The notes beneath the pieces were generated by a model, which saw only the letters and a program-made list of their open reading frames with translations, did not search any database and was not told the DNA's origin. Shown here in pieces: positions 13,675-27,163 of a DNA stretch of 64,000 nucleotides (positions within the stretch are counted from its first letter, which is position 1; each line of letters opens with the position of its first letter). Location: assembly GCA_023231475.1 (NCBI GenBank), contig JALJEE010002175.1, positions 62,001 to 126,000 of the forward strand, written 5' to 3'. The DNA comes from Seison nebaliae. Its lineage: Eukaryota. The translations under genes were made by a program, and so were the position numbers.

Positions 13675-14874
13675 CGAGGGAACTATCAATAATTCTTATT
13701 TATCCGAATCAATTCTGTCATCTTATCTTCGAATTTTTTTTAGTTTAATAAATATGACCATTTCCTATAAATGATCATTTATCGAACAGGATCCGTCTGT
13801 CATTTTATATATCATCACAAATTTCCTCTCTCATTTCTCCTTTTCATTGACTGACAAATAAGAAATCGTCATCACGGAAACTTTAAGTCATAATTCTTAT
13901 TTGTTAGTTCACATTAGTCAGTTTACTTTAACAAAACTTTAAAAATTGGACTTTGTCTTATAAAATTTGGTGAACATTTCTGGTGATTTTATTGAAGTAT
14001 TTGTAGTGGAGACGAAAAAAAGATAACCTGAATAAAAAGCTTTCTCTCCGTCTAATATAATCATCGGGAATTGACAATGAAAAGTATTTACAATGCTCAT
14101 ATCGATCAAGAGAAACAGTATAACATAAAAATTGGTTATAAATTCAAAATAATTTCAAATTAACTAAAAAATTTAGAGAAAATTAAAAAAGATTTAAAAG
14201 TTAATTTGGATCAATTAAGTGACAACGTTTTCGACGAATACAACGCAAAGTTATTTCTCATCATCTCTCCATAATTCATTTCGATGAAGGATTTCTGTAG
14301 CATATAATAACGAGAAGAAAATTCAACATGAATCGAATCGTTTACAGAAGAATCTTCAGGAATTAGAAAAGAAGTCAAAGATGTGGGTGGCGATGGTGAA
14401 ACGATTCGATACATCTCTAAAAGAATTAGGCGATTTAGAGAATTGGTCGCAAATCGTTACATCCAATATAATCAATAACACGAACACTAATAATGTCGAA
14501 TGATTTTAAGAATAATATTTTATTTGTTTCTATTTAAAATTTTATTATTTATTTCAAAGGTCTTTCTTTTTCGGAAAAAGCACATTTTTGACACTTATCT
14601 ATTTTATCTACTTTCAATAAAAATCTTTCCTGTTTCCGTAAACTTTCATTGAATTGGATTATATAAAACTTTGGTAAGAATCCTAAAAATATTTTTTGAT
14701 ACGTTTTCTTTGAAAACTTCACACATGACTGTGAAACAATTTAATAGTTATAAAGAATTAAAAGTTTGAAAAGAAAAAAGAATGTTTTCGATTGAAATTA
14801 ATGAAATTATTTTATTCTTCAAAAATTTCGTGGGAACAACTGAAAAAACCGATGGTGAAGAAAAGTAAAATTAA

Positions 14875-16491
14875 TTAATTGATCGGTTCGTTAATTTGTT
14901 GAACATAAGGAAATAATCGATGATAATGATCACTTGGAATAAAGTTGAATGTCAAATGAGTATCTAAAAAGAAATATATAATGAAAAAATAATTAAATGA
15001 AAAATTGAAACCGTTGAATCTGGTAGTGTTGTGATAGAATTGAATGCATTTGAGTGCCATCGAAATATTTTTCAATTTGATATACCCATGTCCAAGAATC
15101 GAGAATACATCGATATAAATGTGATAAATGAGGAAATTATTCGTGCGGAATTGTTCTTTGATTAGAATTATTAATTCATCTTTAATTTTACTAATTATCG
15201 GTCCTTTAAATAGACCTGTAATCCATAAACATTGTGTGGCAACCACCGCCGGTTGAACTGATACAGGATTGGAAATATTCGACATTTCAGAAATGGAATT
15301 ATCACTAATTTCAATTCTCAATGAACGTCCCACTAATTGGAAACCGTTCATTTTCTCCATAGCACTCTGAGCGTCTTCTGCGTCTTTGAAAGTGACGAAA
15401 GCAAAACATTTTGATAATTTCGGTGCTTCTCCATAAGGAATTATCGATGATAAATTTGAAAATTTCGTCACATCCGTTTCCTCTCGTATTAAACGGATTT
15501 GATCGATGGAACCGAATGATGAGAAAATCAATTCTAACATATCTTCATTAATATTGAAATGTAAATTTCCCACATACAATTTCATCGGACCCGATTTAAT
15601 TATCGATTTCACAACTGGTATATCCGCCACTTTCTGATCAGTTTTCGATGACGATTTAAATATCGACATATCATTTGGTGCCGCTCCATTTCCATAATCT
15701 GATGGTGAAATTGAATTTCCGTTATTTATCATATTACAACATGATGATGTAATTTGATTCATTTCCATTGTATTTTCGGACATCATATTATTATTTAATA
15801 AATCATTCATTGATGATGGGACAACGATGGTGGTAGATGTGGTGGGACAAACGGATGCTCCTGTTGTTGGTGGTTGTGGTCGATTTTTATCGGCATTCGT
15901 CGGTCTCACCACAATTGGATGACCTAAAATCGGTTGGCCATGCATCGCTAATGCTGAAGCGACAGATTCCAATTCCGCAAATTCAACATATCCACAACCT
16001 TTGAATTTTCTTGTTCTCGAATCCATAATTAATTGTACGTCTCGTACTTTTCCCGCTTCAGCGAAAAATTCTTCAATGTCACGTTCACGAACTTTCAATG
16101 GTAATTGCATCAGAAATACAGTTCGTTGTCCACTATCAATATCATCTTTGTCTTCAATTACCGGTTTTGGATGTTTATCCGCATTCATCAAATTATTCGA
16201 ATTAGCAGAAAAGGGACCCGGTGCGATATTCGTCGATTTCTTGTGTCGATCGGGCGATTTGGATTTGGTCGATGAATGACGATGTCGATGTGATCTGGTT
16301 TTCGAATGACTCTTTGAACGACTACGATGGTCTTTTCGGTATGATCTCTTCTCTCGATCATATCGTCTTCGCTCTCGACTTTCATCACTCGATACTCGTC
16401 CACGATAACTATCAAATTGAAATTAAATCATTTTTAAATGGAAAATTTACAAACCTTTTCTTCGATCTTGACGAATAATATTTCTATCCAT
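14875..16491 (-). CDS. RBM39: RNA-binding protein 39 (CAPER-alpha) family splicing factor
   Basis: N-terminal RS-rich exon, RRM1 (RTVFLMQL...KVRDVQLIMDSRTRKFKGCGYVEF), RRM2 (GPMKLYVGNLHFNINEDML) and a C-terminal UHM-type RRM (ATQCLWI...). There is a short first intron near 16410-16451 (donor ambiguous) and a 48-nt intron at 14964-15011. Confidence 0.9.
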
Positions 16492-17085
16492 TCAACAATT
16501 GTGTGTGTTTGTGAGAGAGAGAGAGAGAGATAATGATCGAGAGAGAAGGAAAAATTGAAAATTATTATAAAGAAAATTTGAAATTTAAAGAGAAAATAGA
16601 AGAAAAATAATATTCATCTATCAAATCAGGAAATGATGAACAATCCTGGAAATGAACAAACTTTTTCATGACGTCTTAATCGATGATCTGAATCAGAATC
16701 CATTACGTCCAATCTTTTCTAAAAGATTTCTTATTCTCCAATATTCTCAGATAGCACAAGTACAAATTTCGGGATTTTTCATGAAACAATTTCATATTTT
16801 CATTTCTTTCAATTTCAAATATTCTTTAAATTTTATTATCATCTTTATTCAAAATTAATTTCTCTTCAAAAATTTAGCCACTCTAATACTCAATAATAAT
16901 GGAGAGATTTATAGTATTATTTTTATCAAACAATAAAATTTATGTATCATTCTATTAAAATGTCAAAGTTGAATTATCTATTATAAAATAAAAATAATTA
17001 GAGAATTATTTTCGAATGTTTCTCTCGAAAGACTTTTCTCCATTCATTCTATAGAGACCAAAATTTGGTCGTTTTCCGTTTCATA
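16492..17085. promoter_or_regulatory. Putative bidirectional promoter between RBM39 and DCTN6
   Basis: About 590 bp between head-to-head start codons. It contains a (GA)n tract and TGACGT/CCAAT-like motifs near 16670-16715. Confidence 0.4.
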
Positions 17086-17972
17086 ATGTCCTCCATTTCC
17101 GAACAATCAACTTCCAATAAGTTCATTTAAAATATTTTGTAAAATCTTTTCTTAATTTTTTTTTCTTATAGATCTCCGAAGAAACGAGCATGTCGTTTAA
17201 GATTATCAACTTCCACTTTGATTTGCCGTTCTCATTCATCGATAACTGGCGAAATCACGATAGGTAATCGAACGATCGTTCAACCGATGGTTTCTATTCA
17301 TGCGACTGATGGACCGATAGTCATCGGTTCCTCCACTCTCATCGAAGAGAAATGTTCCATATTAAATAAGTTATTTTTTGGAAAATATAAAAAATTCAAA
17401 AATTCAATTAATTAATTCAGCTCATTGATTGAAGAGGACAAGAAGAAGAATGAAGAAGAGAAATCGATCAGTTCGACGGAAAAGAATCAGCATGTGATGA
17501 TTATTGGAAATTATAATGTGTTCGAAGTGGGATCGATTATTCGATCATCGAAAGTATATCTTATTATTTTTTACGAAAAAAATAACTTCTGGATTTAGAT
17601 CGGAGATCAGAATATGGTGGAGACTTATGCGGAAATTGGACCGAATATTGAATTGACTAATAATTGCATAGTGAAAGCAGGAACGAAATTGACGGGTTAT
17701 ATGGTTTTAGAGCCTAATACGATTGTTGGAAGGAGAGAAATATTCCAAATGAATGACGACGTTCCATTATTCGAACCATTAGAAGGACATAAAGATTTGT
17801 TCATTGGGAAACATTCGAGTCGTGGAAATAATGTTAGTAAAATTATATTGAAAAATTAATATAAAGCGACATAAATGTCCATTTGTGGGTTTAGCATCAC
17901 GCATTACTCATCGAACATTTCATCAAAACATTACCTAGTTTCCAACCGATAGTGAAGACGGCACGAAAATGA
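17086..17972 (+). CDS. DCTN6: Dynactin subunit 6 (p27), 5 exons
   Basis: Left-handed beta-helix motifs GEITIGNRTIVQP..GPIVIGSSTLIEEK and VMIIGNYNVFEVGS, with C-terminal FIKTLPSFQPI. Four short GT-AG introns restore the frame. Confidence 0.88.
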
Positions 17973-18046
17973 AGAATTAATTTATGATTTATTTGAATGA
18001 TGATAATATTTGGTGGATGGTATTTATTAGTTAATTAAACGAATCT

Positions 18047-19381
18047 CTAATCCAATTGGTACCAGTCGAACGGTAATTGTAATGCGAGATTGATATCGAC
18101 TAATCCTGACGGTCCCAGAATTAATTTACCGATAACATCTATCGATTGAAATGATTGAGAGAAGAGAATAATGAAAGAAATGAACAATTAGAATATAGAT
18201 CGTTATCGATTGCTTCAATTAAAATATTTATCAATTTCCGATTGAGATCGGCATAAAGACCGTGAACGTCGAAAACGAAATTATTCTTGTAGGAAGCGAG
18301 TGCGTGAGAATTTAAGCAGATCGTCTCGCCCAATTTACTTGTAGCCAATTGTCCACCTCGAATTATTGACACCTTAAATTGCACTCCTTTCAAATTTAAA
18401 TTATTTTGTGTAAAAATTTAAATTTATTAAACTAACTTGGATTCTTTCCCGAATATTCGTAACGAATCGTATCGATTGTGACGAGTAATTCATTTTCGTT
18501 AACCAATTTCAATTTAAGACGAATTGATAAAACTGAGTCGTCATTGGGATGTTTAAGATCTTTATAAATTTTTGATGCTTCCGTAATGTGCCCAACGGCC
18601 ACATATTGGTCGAATGCGAAATGAGCTACTCCGATTGTTGTTTGATCTTTCTTTTCCGTACAATCAACCACTTGCAATCGAAGTGTTTGTTCATGTAATT
18701 TCTTCAGTTTACAATTGAATATCAAAATCTCGTGATATTTCGGTTTGAGACCAACAGCTTCCTCTGTTTTTTGTTTCTTCTTTCCTGGTAATAATTGTAC
18801 TTCAACGAAAGTTCTGGTTTCTATCGTTCTTTCTGGATCGGCTGCCCAGATATGTTCCGCATTCAATACCGTCACTGTTATCTCTTTCTTGCCATCATAT
18901 TGTACGATGAACCACAGACGACCATATTCCCCTATTTGAACCACATAATGTGTTGGGGCGTTCAATCTTTACGAATTTTTAATTTTTAAATTTTTTCAAA
19001 AATCGAACAATCTTTCCGCTTCTTTTTGATTCTCTACTTGTCGTTCCGTCCAATAAGTTACTCGACGATATCGTTCTCTAAATCATGAGAATGTTAAAAT
19101 TTAAAAAACCAAAAAAAAATTTTAGGAACCTCATAACGTCACTGATCATGTTGGGACAATAAGCACCAAAATTTGATTTGACTCGAATGAACAACCAGAA
19201 AATGAAAAGTACGAGAACAATAATGACCAAATACATGATAGTCCAACTCCATGAAACTGAAAGATTAATGAGAAGTTTGAAAGAATTCGAAACGTTCATT
19301 AAATGAATTGGGATACCGATCAAGTGAATTATCTGCATAATCCATCGGAATATATCCTACTCCATTTAAGATACTGTCCAT
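18047..19381 (-). CDS. Synaptotagmin-like single-TM tandem C2-domain protein, 6 exons
   Basis: Spliced product has a short N-terminus, a TM segment (IMYLVIIVLVLFIFWLFI), C2A (YGRLWFIVQYD...VEVQLLPGKKKQKT...LRLQVVD) and a divergent C2B ending WYQLD. Five GTT-AG introns all restore the frame. Confidence 0.75.
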
Positions 19382-19541
19382 TATAAAATTTTTATAAAAT
19401 TCAAATTATTTTTTAAATATTCTATTCAAATCATTCCCAATGGCCAACGTCAATGGAATGAATCAGAAAATGAAAATAGATTGAAATTTTTATTTTTATT
19501 TCACTCAATGGAAAATATTCGATTTCCTGAATCTATGATTT

Positions 19542-20570
19542 TTAATCATCATTAGTTCCACCTTGTTGGAAGAGTTTAGGATCCGTTTTCACTACATATG
19601 GTAAATGAGGAATACGATAATATGGAATTGGTGCCAATCGTCGATTGTCCTTTTTCTTTTCGTCTCCCATCACTTTCATGGGACTACCTCGATATATTCG
19701 ACTATTTAACATCTCGTTAAACCAGCTGATAGAAATATTCTCCATTTGTGAATAAATAAGAGATTTGGGTTCGTTCACTAATTCTTTGCTGAAAGCGTCC
19801 AACCGTTCAAACGGTTGTATTTCCTCTAAGAATCTTGCATTTTCCGTTAAGAAACTTTTGATCCATCCCGAATGAACAGTATATTGATTCTCATCATCAA
19901 TCTCCAAATTAATTCGATGTACTAACAAGTAAGTAAGGAAGAATCAGAGAAAAAATTTTTAAATTTTTAAAAAAGAAAAAATTTAACAATCGGCTAAATC
20001 GGTCGGTTGTTCATATAATTGTTTTTCCAATTGTTTTTTTCTCTTAACTTGATCTGGTTCGTCTCGTTGAGCGTCATCCATCGATTCATATACTTCGGGA
20101 TAAAATCGTTTCAATAAATCAATATTGCACATTATCCATTCTTTAATTAAATTCTGTCGAACGATATCATAATCGGAATCGGCACCTTCCTCCCCACCCA
20201 ACATCGCCAATCGTCGAGAATTGATTGTGGAATAGAAGATGTCTAAATTCTTCCTCTGAAATTCGTGATCGTCTTCACATCGACGTTGCATGTATTGATC
20301 CCACGACTTGAATGATGAGGTATCGGGAGTGAATTTAAATTGATCGATCAATCGTTGCGCCACATAATACAATTGTGGATTGAGTCGTTTTGTTACTCGT
20401 ACATTATTGTCATACTCCAATTCGGGATTGGGTAATAATTTCGTTTCTGGTTTTGGAATGAAAATTATTCGATTCTTATAAATCAATCGAAACGAATCAA
20501 GATTCCTTCGACTATTCCCCTTCAAATGTTCTTGCATTAACAAATTCATTTTTCCTTCTAATTCCTCTTC
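19542..20570 (-). CDS. Uncharacterised protein (at least 2 exons)
   Basis: 188-aa and 128-aa ORFs joined in frame by a GTTAAA...TTAG intron. The 5' end is unresolved and may join the ORFs at 20765-21358. Confidence 0.6.
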
Positions 20571-20764
20571 CTAATTATCACCAATTTCAAATGAAACTAT
20601 AACTGAAACTTAATATATTTCTTTAACTTTTTTTTCTTATTATTCTTTCAGATATTTATATATATATATAATTAAATTTAACTAATTTTTATTATAATTA
20701 TCATTTCCGTTGAAAATTCAAAGTATGTTTTATATGAAAAATTCAGTTGAAAATTTAAAAAAAT

Positions 20765-21358
20765 TTATTTTTCTTCATTTTTATCCTTCGTCTTTTCCAT
20801 CACACTCTCGACAATTTCATGAATCATATCATTGATATATAATCCTGTTTCTGCTTTCGTTTGTTCTAACGATTTGCTGCCATCATCAGAACTTGATAAT
20901 AAACTATTAATATTATTTCCACTTATCAATTGCTGATATTTGAACACACTTTCCAATTCTTCTCCACCTTTTCTCGATTCACTCTCATAATCTTCATATC
21001 TCTTCAAACTATTCAATCATTTTTCAAATTCAATAATTCATTCAACAATTATTGTTCAATTTACAAAAACTAACAGAACTTGTCGTAATTCGGAGAATTC
21101 ATGACAACCAATAAACGAACCACTAATAACTTCATCGTTCGAATCGACTTGTAATTTATTCACGTTCATTAACACTCGATCTAACTTCCTCCCATTATCA
21201 TCAATATTGGGCAATAACGGTACTGGACGTTCTAATGTTTTGTAGAGTGAAGCGAATTCCATTGTCTCATCGAACTTTTCAGATAGACCGAAAGTGTCTT
21301 CGATTCCTAATTGATGAATTCCATATGGAATTTTTGGTGGCGGTTTTTTTGATGGCAT
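20765..21358 (-). CDS. Uncharacterised protein (2 exons), possibly the 5' part of the 19542-20570 gene
   Basis: Two protein-like ORFs separated by a short AT-rich GTT...AG intron. Confidence 0.5.
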
Positions 21359-21832
21359 CAAAAATTTTGATTTTTTTCACTTATTTTATTGGAATAAAAA
21401 AATGAGAAAGAAATAAAAAGAAAAATCAAATGGTATTCCACTTGGATTAGTCATTCACATTTCTCCTATTTGTCCTTGGGCGGAATTTGAGATTTGGATC
21501 ATTTATCGATTCGATAAATAAATCCCACCAAAATGAAGAAGATCGACACATAAATGAGTAACATACCTCCTGCAAATGCCGTTGGCATTGTCAACGTTAA
21601 CGTTCCCATCTCTAAGAAATCTAAGGTGAACTAGTGAGAAAAAATGGTATTACCTTTATCGATGACGGTTCGGAAAGGATTTGGCATTTCCTCATTTTCC
21701 ATATTTCTTATAATAAATTTGATTTGATTTTTAATGCGCAATAAATTTTCGTTTATGTTTTTTTTAGTTTTTTTTTTATTTTACTATCATCTATTAAACC
21801 GGTAACAAATCGTTCTCACTCTTCTTCAAAAA

Positions 21833-22075
21833 ATGGAAATGAATCATGAATTCATTTATCGACGGAATACTTTCCCCACTCACACTTTAAATAATTATCC
21901 GAAAATTGATTCAGAAATGAACGACATATCTGATGTTACAATCCGTCCACGTTACGAAAATCAGAAAAATACGATAAGACACGAATATCCAAAGAATGAA
22001 AAAGAAGAGGCGTTATATTCATTTTATCATTCGATCCGACGACGACCAAAAGACGATAAAGAAGAGAAGAAATAA
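21833..22075 (+). CDS. Small orphan protein (80 aa)
   Basis: ATG-initiated hydrophilic ORF flanked by very AT-rich noncoding DNA. No homology recognised. Confidence 0.35.
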   Translation: MEMNHEFIYRRNTFPTHTLNNYPKIDSEMNDISDVTIRPRYENQKNTIRHEYPKNEKEEALYSFYHSIRRRPKDDKEEKK

Positions 22076-22173
22076 TTGATTTTCAAAAATATTTTTAGTA
22101 AAATAACATTCCCCCCAAAAAAAATTTAATGGAATTTGAAATTTAAATTTTCCATTTTTTCTACCGTTTTTTT

Positions 22174-23884
22174 TTATTTGGGTCGTTTTCGATGAGAAGT
22201 TTTCCTCTCTCCACTCTCATGACGACGTCGATTGTGATGATCAGAATAATCGCGATGTTTATGTTCTCTTCGATGACCAGAATGATGTTTTCGACTTTTC
22301 TTCTTCTCATGTCGACGATCGAGGGAGGAATCATCAGATGATTCACTATGACGATATGATGACGACCGTATAGATCGTCGATTATGTTTCGATCGTATTG
22401 ATGGACTTTTTCTATGACGATGATGATGATTTCGTCTCTCCTTCTTTCTCGGTGATGGTTTTTCATGATTCTTCGATTCTTCACTCCTATCAGAAAAACG
22501 GTGAAATGACGATAATTTCTCATCGTCTTCTGATTCGTCAACGAACATTCGATTCAGTTCGCTATTATTCACATCGTCAATACTCGATTTACTAGGAGAT
22601 CTTTCGATTGTTCGATTTTCGATATCGGCAAAAACGTTTTTTGGTGTCACCGTTTCCGTACTAATTGGAGTCAAAGGATTCTTTGTATTCGTTTGTGATA
22701 TTTTGGCTTTTAAAGAAAAATTAATTTTCATCTTCTCATTACCCAACGACTTTGATGTGAATGGTTTGATATTTTTCTCCTTCTTTTTCTCTTCCACCGG
22801 TTTTTCATAATTATGAATTCTGACTAAATTTGGAATTTCTACTTCTCTTGGTATGGTGGGCGGTGGCGGTGCAATTGGGGGTGCGGGTGGTGCAGTTATA
22901 CTCCGACTCAACAATTTCTTCGCAGTAAATTGTAATTTCTTTTTCTTATTCTCCTCTTCCATTATCCATGCTAAAAGAAAGGATAATAAAAAGAGGAAAG
23001 AAAATGAAGAACTTTGATAATCATGAAGGAAAAGGAGATATTCATTACCATCATCTTCCGTTAGTAATAGATCAATTTTGAGGAATGATAACTGAAAAAA
23101 AAAATTTTGAAATTTAAAATAAATTAAAATTAAATTTACTAACAATTGCAATTGATTGTTGTTGATTGATTGCTAAAAAAGAAAAAAAAATTATGAGAAA
23201 TGTGGAAATGGAAAAAATGAAACGACAATTGTTGATCGGAAAAGTTCTCCAAAAGTTTATCGATGCGATTTAGAATTTAGAAGGAAAAATTCATTAGAAG
23301 ATTTTCATCTTCGTCATGAAAAGGGAAATTTTAGAAGAAAATCTCGCAAACAATCTCTTCTATTAGAAATTTAACGAACTTTTCCGATTTATCAATTTTA
23401 ATTCCGAATATTTTTTATCTCGAATCTTCCCAAACTTTTTGCTGAGTTCCTTCTCGTTCGACATTTCACGAACGACATTCAATAATTCTCTCAGATCTAA
23501 AATTCATAATTAAATGGAAATAATGATAATATTAATTAATGGGAATTAACATTCTCTTATTTCGTCATCAATTGTCGATTCTAATGAAGATGATGACGGT
23601 GGTGGTGGTGGTGGTGGTGCTGGATGATTCTTAGGATGTTCGTTACTGTCAATAGAATTATTGTTATAAGCTGAACCAGAAGGATGATTACTTGTAAAAG
23701 AAAGGTGATCATTCAACAAATGGTCATTCTTCGACGAACAAATTGACGTCGGTGCAGTTTGTGGGGGAGGAGGTGGTGGTGGAGGCGGTACAATCATTGA
23801 CATGGACGGTTGTCCCATGGGTATCATTAGCGGTTGCACTTGACGCGGACCAGATGGATTGAAGAAAGTTGGAACTGATTTCAT
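22174..23884 (-). CDS. Proline-rich / RS-rich nuclear protein, putative splicing regulator with a possible SURP-like domain, 5 exons
   Basis: Four GTT-AG introns join a poly-Pro exon, a helical segment (DDEIREYLRELLNVVRE...LSFLKID...EYLLFL) and a C-terminal Arg/Ser/His/Lys-rich tail in one frame. The domain call is weak. Confidence 0.5.
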
Positions 23885-24868
23885 GTTTGTATCGAGAACA
23901 CTCTGTCTTCAACTTGAATAACGAATAAACTAAAATTTGTTGGGAAGAGAATATTCTCTCAAAATCTATGAGAAATTGTTGTTATTGTTCCGAATTAATT
24001 AGAAGCTTAAAATTTAAATGATCTATATTTTAATATTACTGATTCAATTTAGTGTCGTTACTATTCGCTAATGTTGTAGATAAAGAGTGAACAAACGTCG
24101 TTGCTCTTTATAATGTAGACAATTTATATTTTTACAATCATTAAAACTGGTTCAAATAAGAAAGTAAGCTCAATTCTTCAACATCTTCAATTTACCCTCG
24201 TCTGTAATTTTCTCAAATCTAACTTTCATATAATTTTTCCTGCAACCTGTCTGAATTTGAACATCTCATTTATCAGTTCATTTTTGGGTAGTTTTTCAGT
24301 AATCGTAATAATCTACATTCGGCATTCTTGAATAATTCAATTACCTGTTCAAACTTTATTTTTACTTATATATACTTTATTTAGACAGTTATTAAACAGA
24401 AATTAGACATTTGCACTTTATGTGCATTATAAGGCAATATTTAATTTATCTTTATCTTGTATTATAATTTGATTGATATTTTACTATCGTAATTATTCTT
24501 TGTACTATTTATGAGATTTTCCATTAAGAAACATCGAACAAATTATTAGGAATGAATCATTATCCTGATGAGTTTTTACGAGAACTATAAGTTTTGGGAG
24601 GAAGAGAATCAGGGGATAATCGCGTAAGAATTGCTGTATTTTGGTTGTTCAAAAAATAAATTAAATAAAATTTGCTTAATAAAATCGAATGACAATTAAA
24701 TAAAGGACAAGAGGAGAATGGTATGAGGATATGACGAAAAGTAAATTGGTGGAGAAGGGTGAAGACAGGACGATGAAAACAAGATGGCTCTTAAACTTAA
24801 ACAAATAATTTGTTCGTTTGTTTCACAACTAAAGTTTCATTTTTCCAATAGGAGATTTATCTAGCATC

Positions 24869-27163
24869 TCATCTAGAATTTGTCTCATTCATGATGGATG
24901 GTGTTCCAGCGTTAGTGGAATTCTCCAATTTATCATTCATTCGTTTGCGCAATTCACGGCATTTTGAATTACATGAATCGCGTACAGATGGCCACAACTT
25001 TTCATAATCGACAGATCCCAATCGTTGACGGAGACAATCTTTTTAGAAGAACTCTTGAAGAAAACTTTAAGTGTAAAAGTGGAAACCTTTTAGCAATTGA
25101 ATTTTGGAAGAGTCTAATGTCTTAAAACGGGAGAATCGTTCGGTGCCATCAGTTCCTGGCATAATACCATACGCCATTTCATCCCTTGTAAATAGCCGTG
25201 TTAATATTGATCGGGCATATCGATTCAATTGTTGCTTTCCTGACCAACTCACAATCTGCATTAGATCATCCCCATTATAATATACGGAATGATAATCTTT
25301 CTCGAAACTGTTTTGTTCTTGGTCTTCGAATTTCATTTTCTTCCCATTCGTTTCCGAATGTTTCATTGAATCGAGTAACGACTTTTTGGTGGCTTTGTTG
25401 AGGGGGTTTGGAAGAATGTTATTTGAGAATGGAGGATAGTCCTTTGGCATATCATCTACGTCTCTAATAATCTTCTTTTGAGTATTGTTGATGGTTTGGA
25501 GGAGAGTTTTCAACATCGGTAAGAAATTGTGATTACTCTCGTGATCGGAAGATCTGGTTTCATTGTTCGTTTCAGAATTGGATAATAAATTAGTTTGGAT
25601 AAGAAAATTTTGGAGATTGTCCTGTTGGAATAAGGAATTATTAAAATTGATATTATTCTGATCATTGTTAATTGTTGATGATTTATCCGTTTTGATGGAA
25701 TTACTATCAGATAAGTTAATGGAAGAGGTGGGAGATGTTTGTGCTTTTCTCAAAATATTCGAAGGAGAATTATTGAAATTGGAAGTGAAATTGAGATTGT
25801 TGCCATTGGTGGAAGTGTTACCAAAATCGTTGGTGAGAGCCGAAATGGTTTTTTGAGTGTTGATGCTGGTGGGAGTGGAATTGTTCTGTAAGTTTTGTTT
25901 GGCTTCCGATATTCGTTGTAACCAATTCTTATAGAATGTGGTGAATCGACTTGGATCCTCATTCTTTTCATTTAAACTTTTCTTTTTATTATTTAAATGA
26001 TTATTTTGACGGTAATTATCCGTTACGGCAATTGGTGCACTCTGCTGGAAGTAAGAATATTGATTAGTTAATAATTGTTGGAGCATTGTGCGGAAATTAG
26101 AATGTTGCAACAATTCGGACGATTCGTTACAATTGAAATTATTATTTAACTCATTAAAATGAGAAAGAATTTGTGAGAATTGCATATTATTCCCCTCATC
26201 GGACACATTGTTTATTGACGTTGTGTTTGATGTGGTATTAGACGAAGGAACAGAAGAAGACGTTGTTGTGGTCGTTGAAGAAATATTATGTTGATCGTTT
26301 AACTGTTGTTGTTGTTGTTGTTTAAGAATTGAGAGGAATTTTGATAAATTAAATTCGTTATTATCCAATTTATCTTCATTATTATTGTTGTTGTTGTTAC
26401 TATTATTATTATTGTTGTTGTTTTTGCTGTTGTTGCTGTTGTTATTTTGATGTTGATTTTCATTATCATAATTTACCGGGTTTTGTTGATAATTATCTTT
26501 ATTGTTGTTGTTGTTGTTGTTGTCGTTGTTATTATGATTGTTGTTATTATGACTAGGTAACAGGGTATTTAAATTAGATATTTTATTATTAAACATTCCA
26601 TTCAATTCCATACCATTTAGACCGATATCATGATGGAGGTCGTTGTGGTCTTTGGGGAACTTGCGTTTTTTATCCTTCTCATCCATGTGACAAGAGCATT
26701 GGCAGAAGAGATTCTCTTTGTCTAACGAATCATTGGAACGTTTGAGAAACAGCTTTAATAGAGTTTCCATTTTATCAACTTTGATCTCCAAGTGATTTAT
26801 GGAGGAAGCAAATGAAGAGGATAATAATTGAAAACGATCTCTGATTAATTGCAACACATTTGTTTCTAAAGTCTGTTGTTTATTTTGAATGTCTTCTTCT
26901 TCTTCTTCTTCTTCCATTGAATCTATCGGAGGAGTTTCTTTTCTTTCCTCGTTATTCATCTCATCAATTCTTTCTACCATTTCTTCATCATCTACATTCT
27001 CCTCTTCATTATTGCCCGTTATTCCCTTATTGTCGTCTTCATTCCGATCTAATTCGCAGTTATCCTCGTTCTCGTCGAAGATGCAATGTTCATTTTCTTT
27101 CAATTCCGAATTAAATCTCTTTTCATTTTCGTTCAAATGAATTTTTTGTTCATTTCGCAACAT
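24869..27163 (-). CDS. BEN-domain protein (BANP/BEND-like) with coiled coil and poly-N/poly-Q tracts
   Basis: 698-aa exon plus a 48-nt intron (25039-25086) complete a BEN signature: YARSILTRLFTRDEM...LDSSKIQLLKDCL...LWPSVRDSCNSKCR. Confidence 0.8.

Noticed and set aside
14211..14414. 67-aa ORF downstream of RBM39
   Set aside because: No homology and no consistent upstream exon could be built.
23225..23380. Possible exon LNRIDKLLENFSDQQLS requiring a non-AG acceptor
   Set aside because: An all-GT-AG model that skips this segment restores the frame, so no non-canonical intron is needed.
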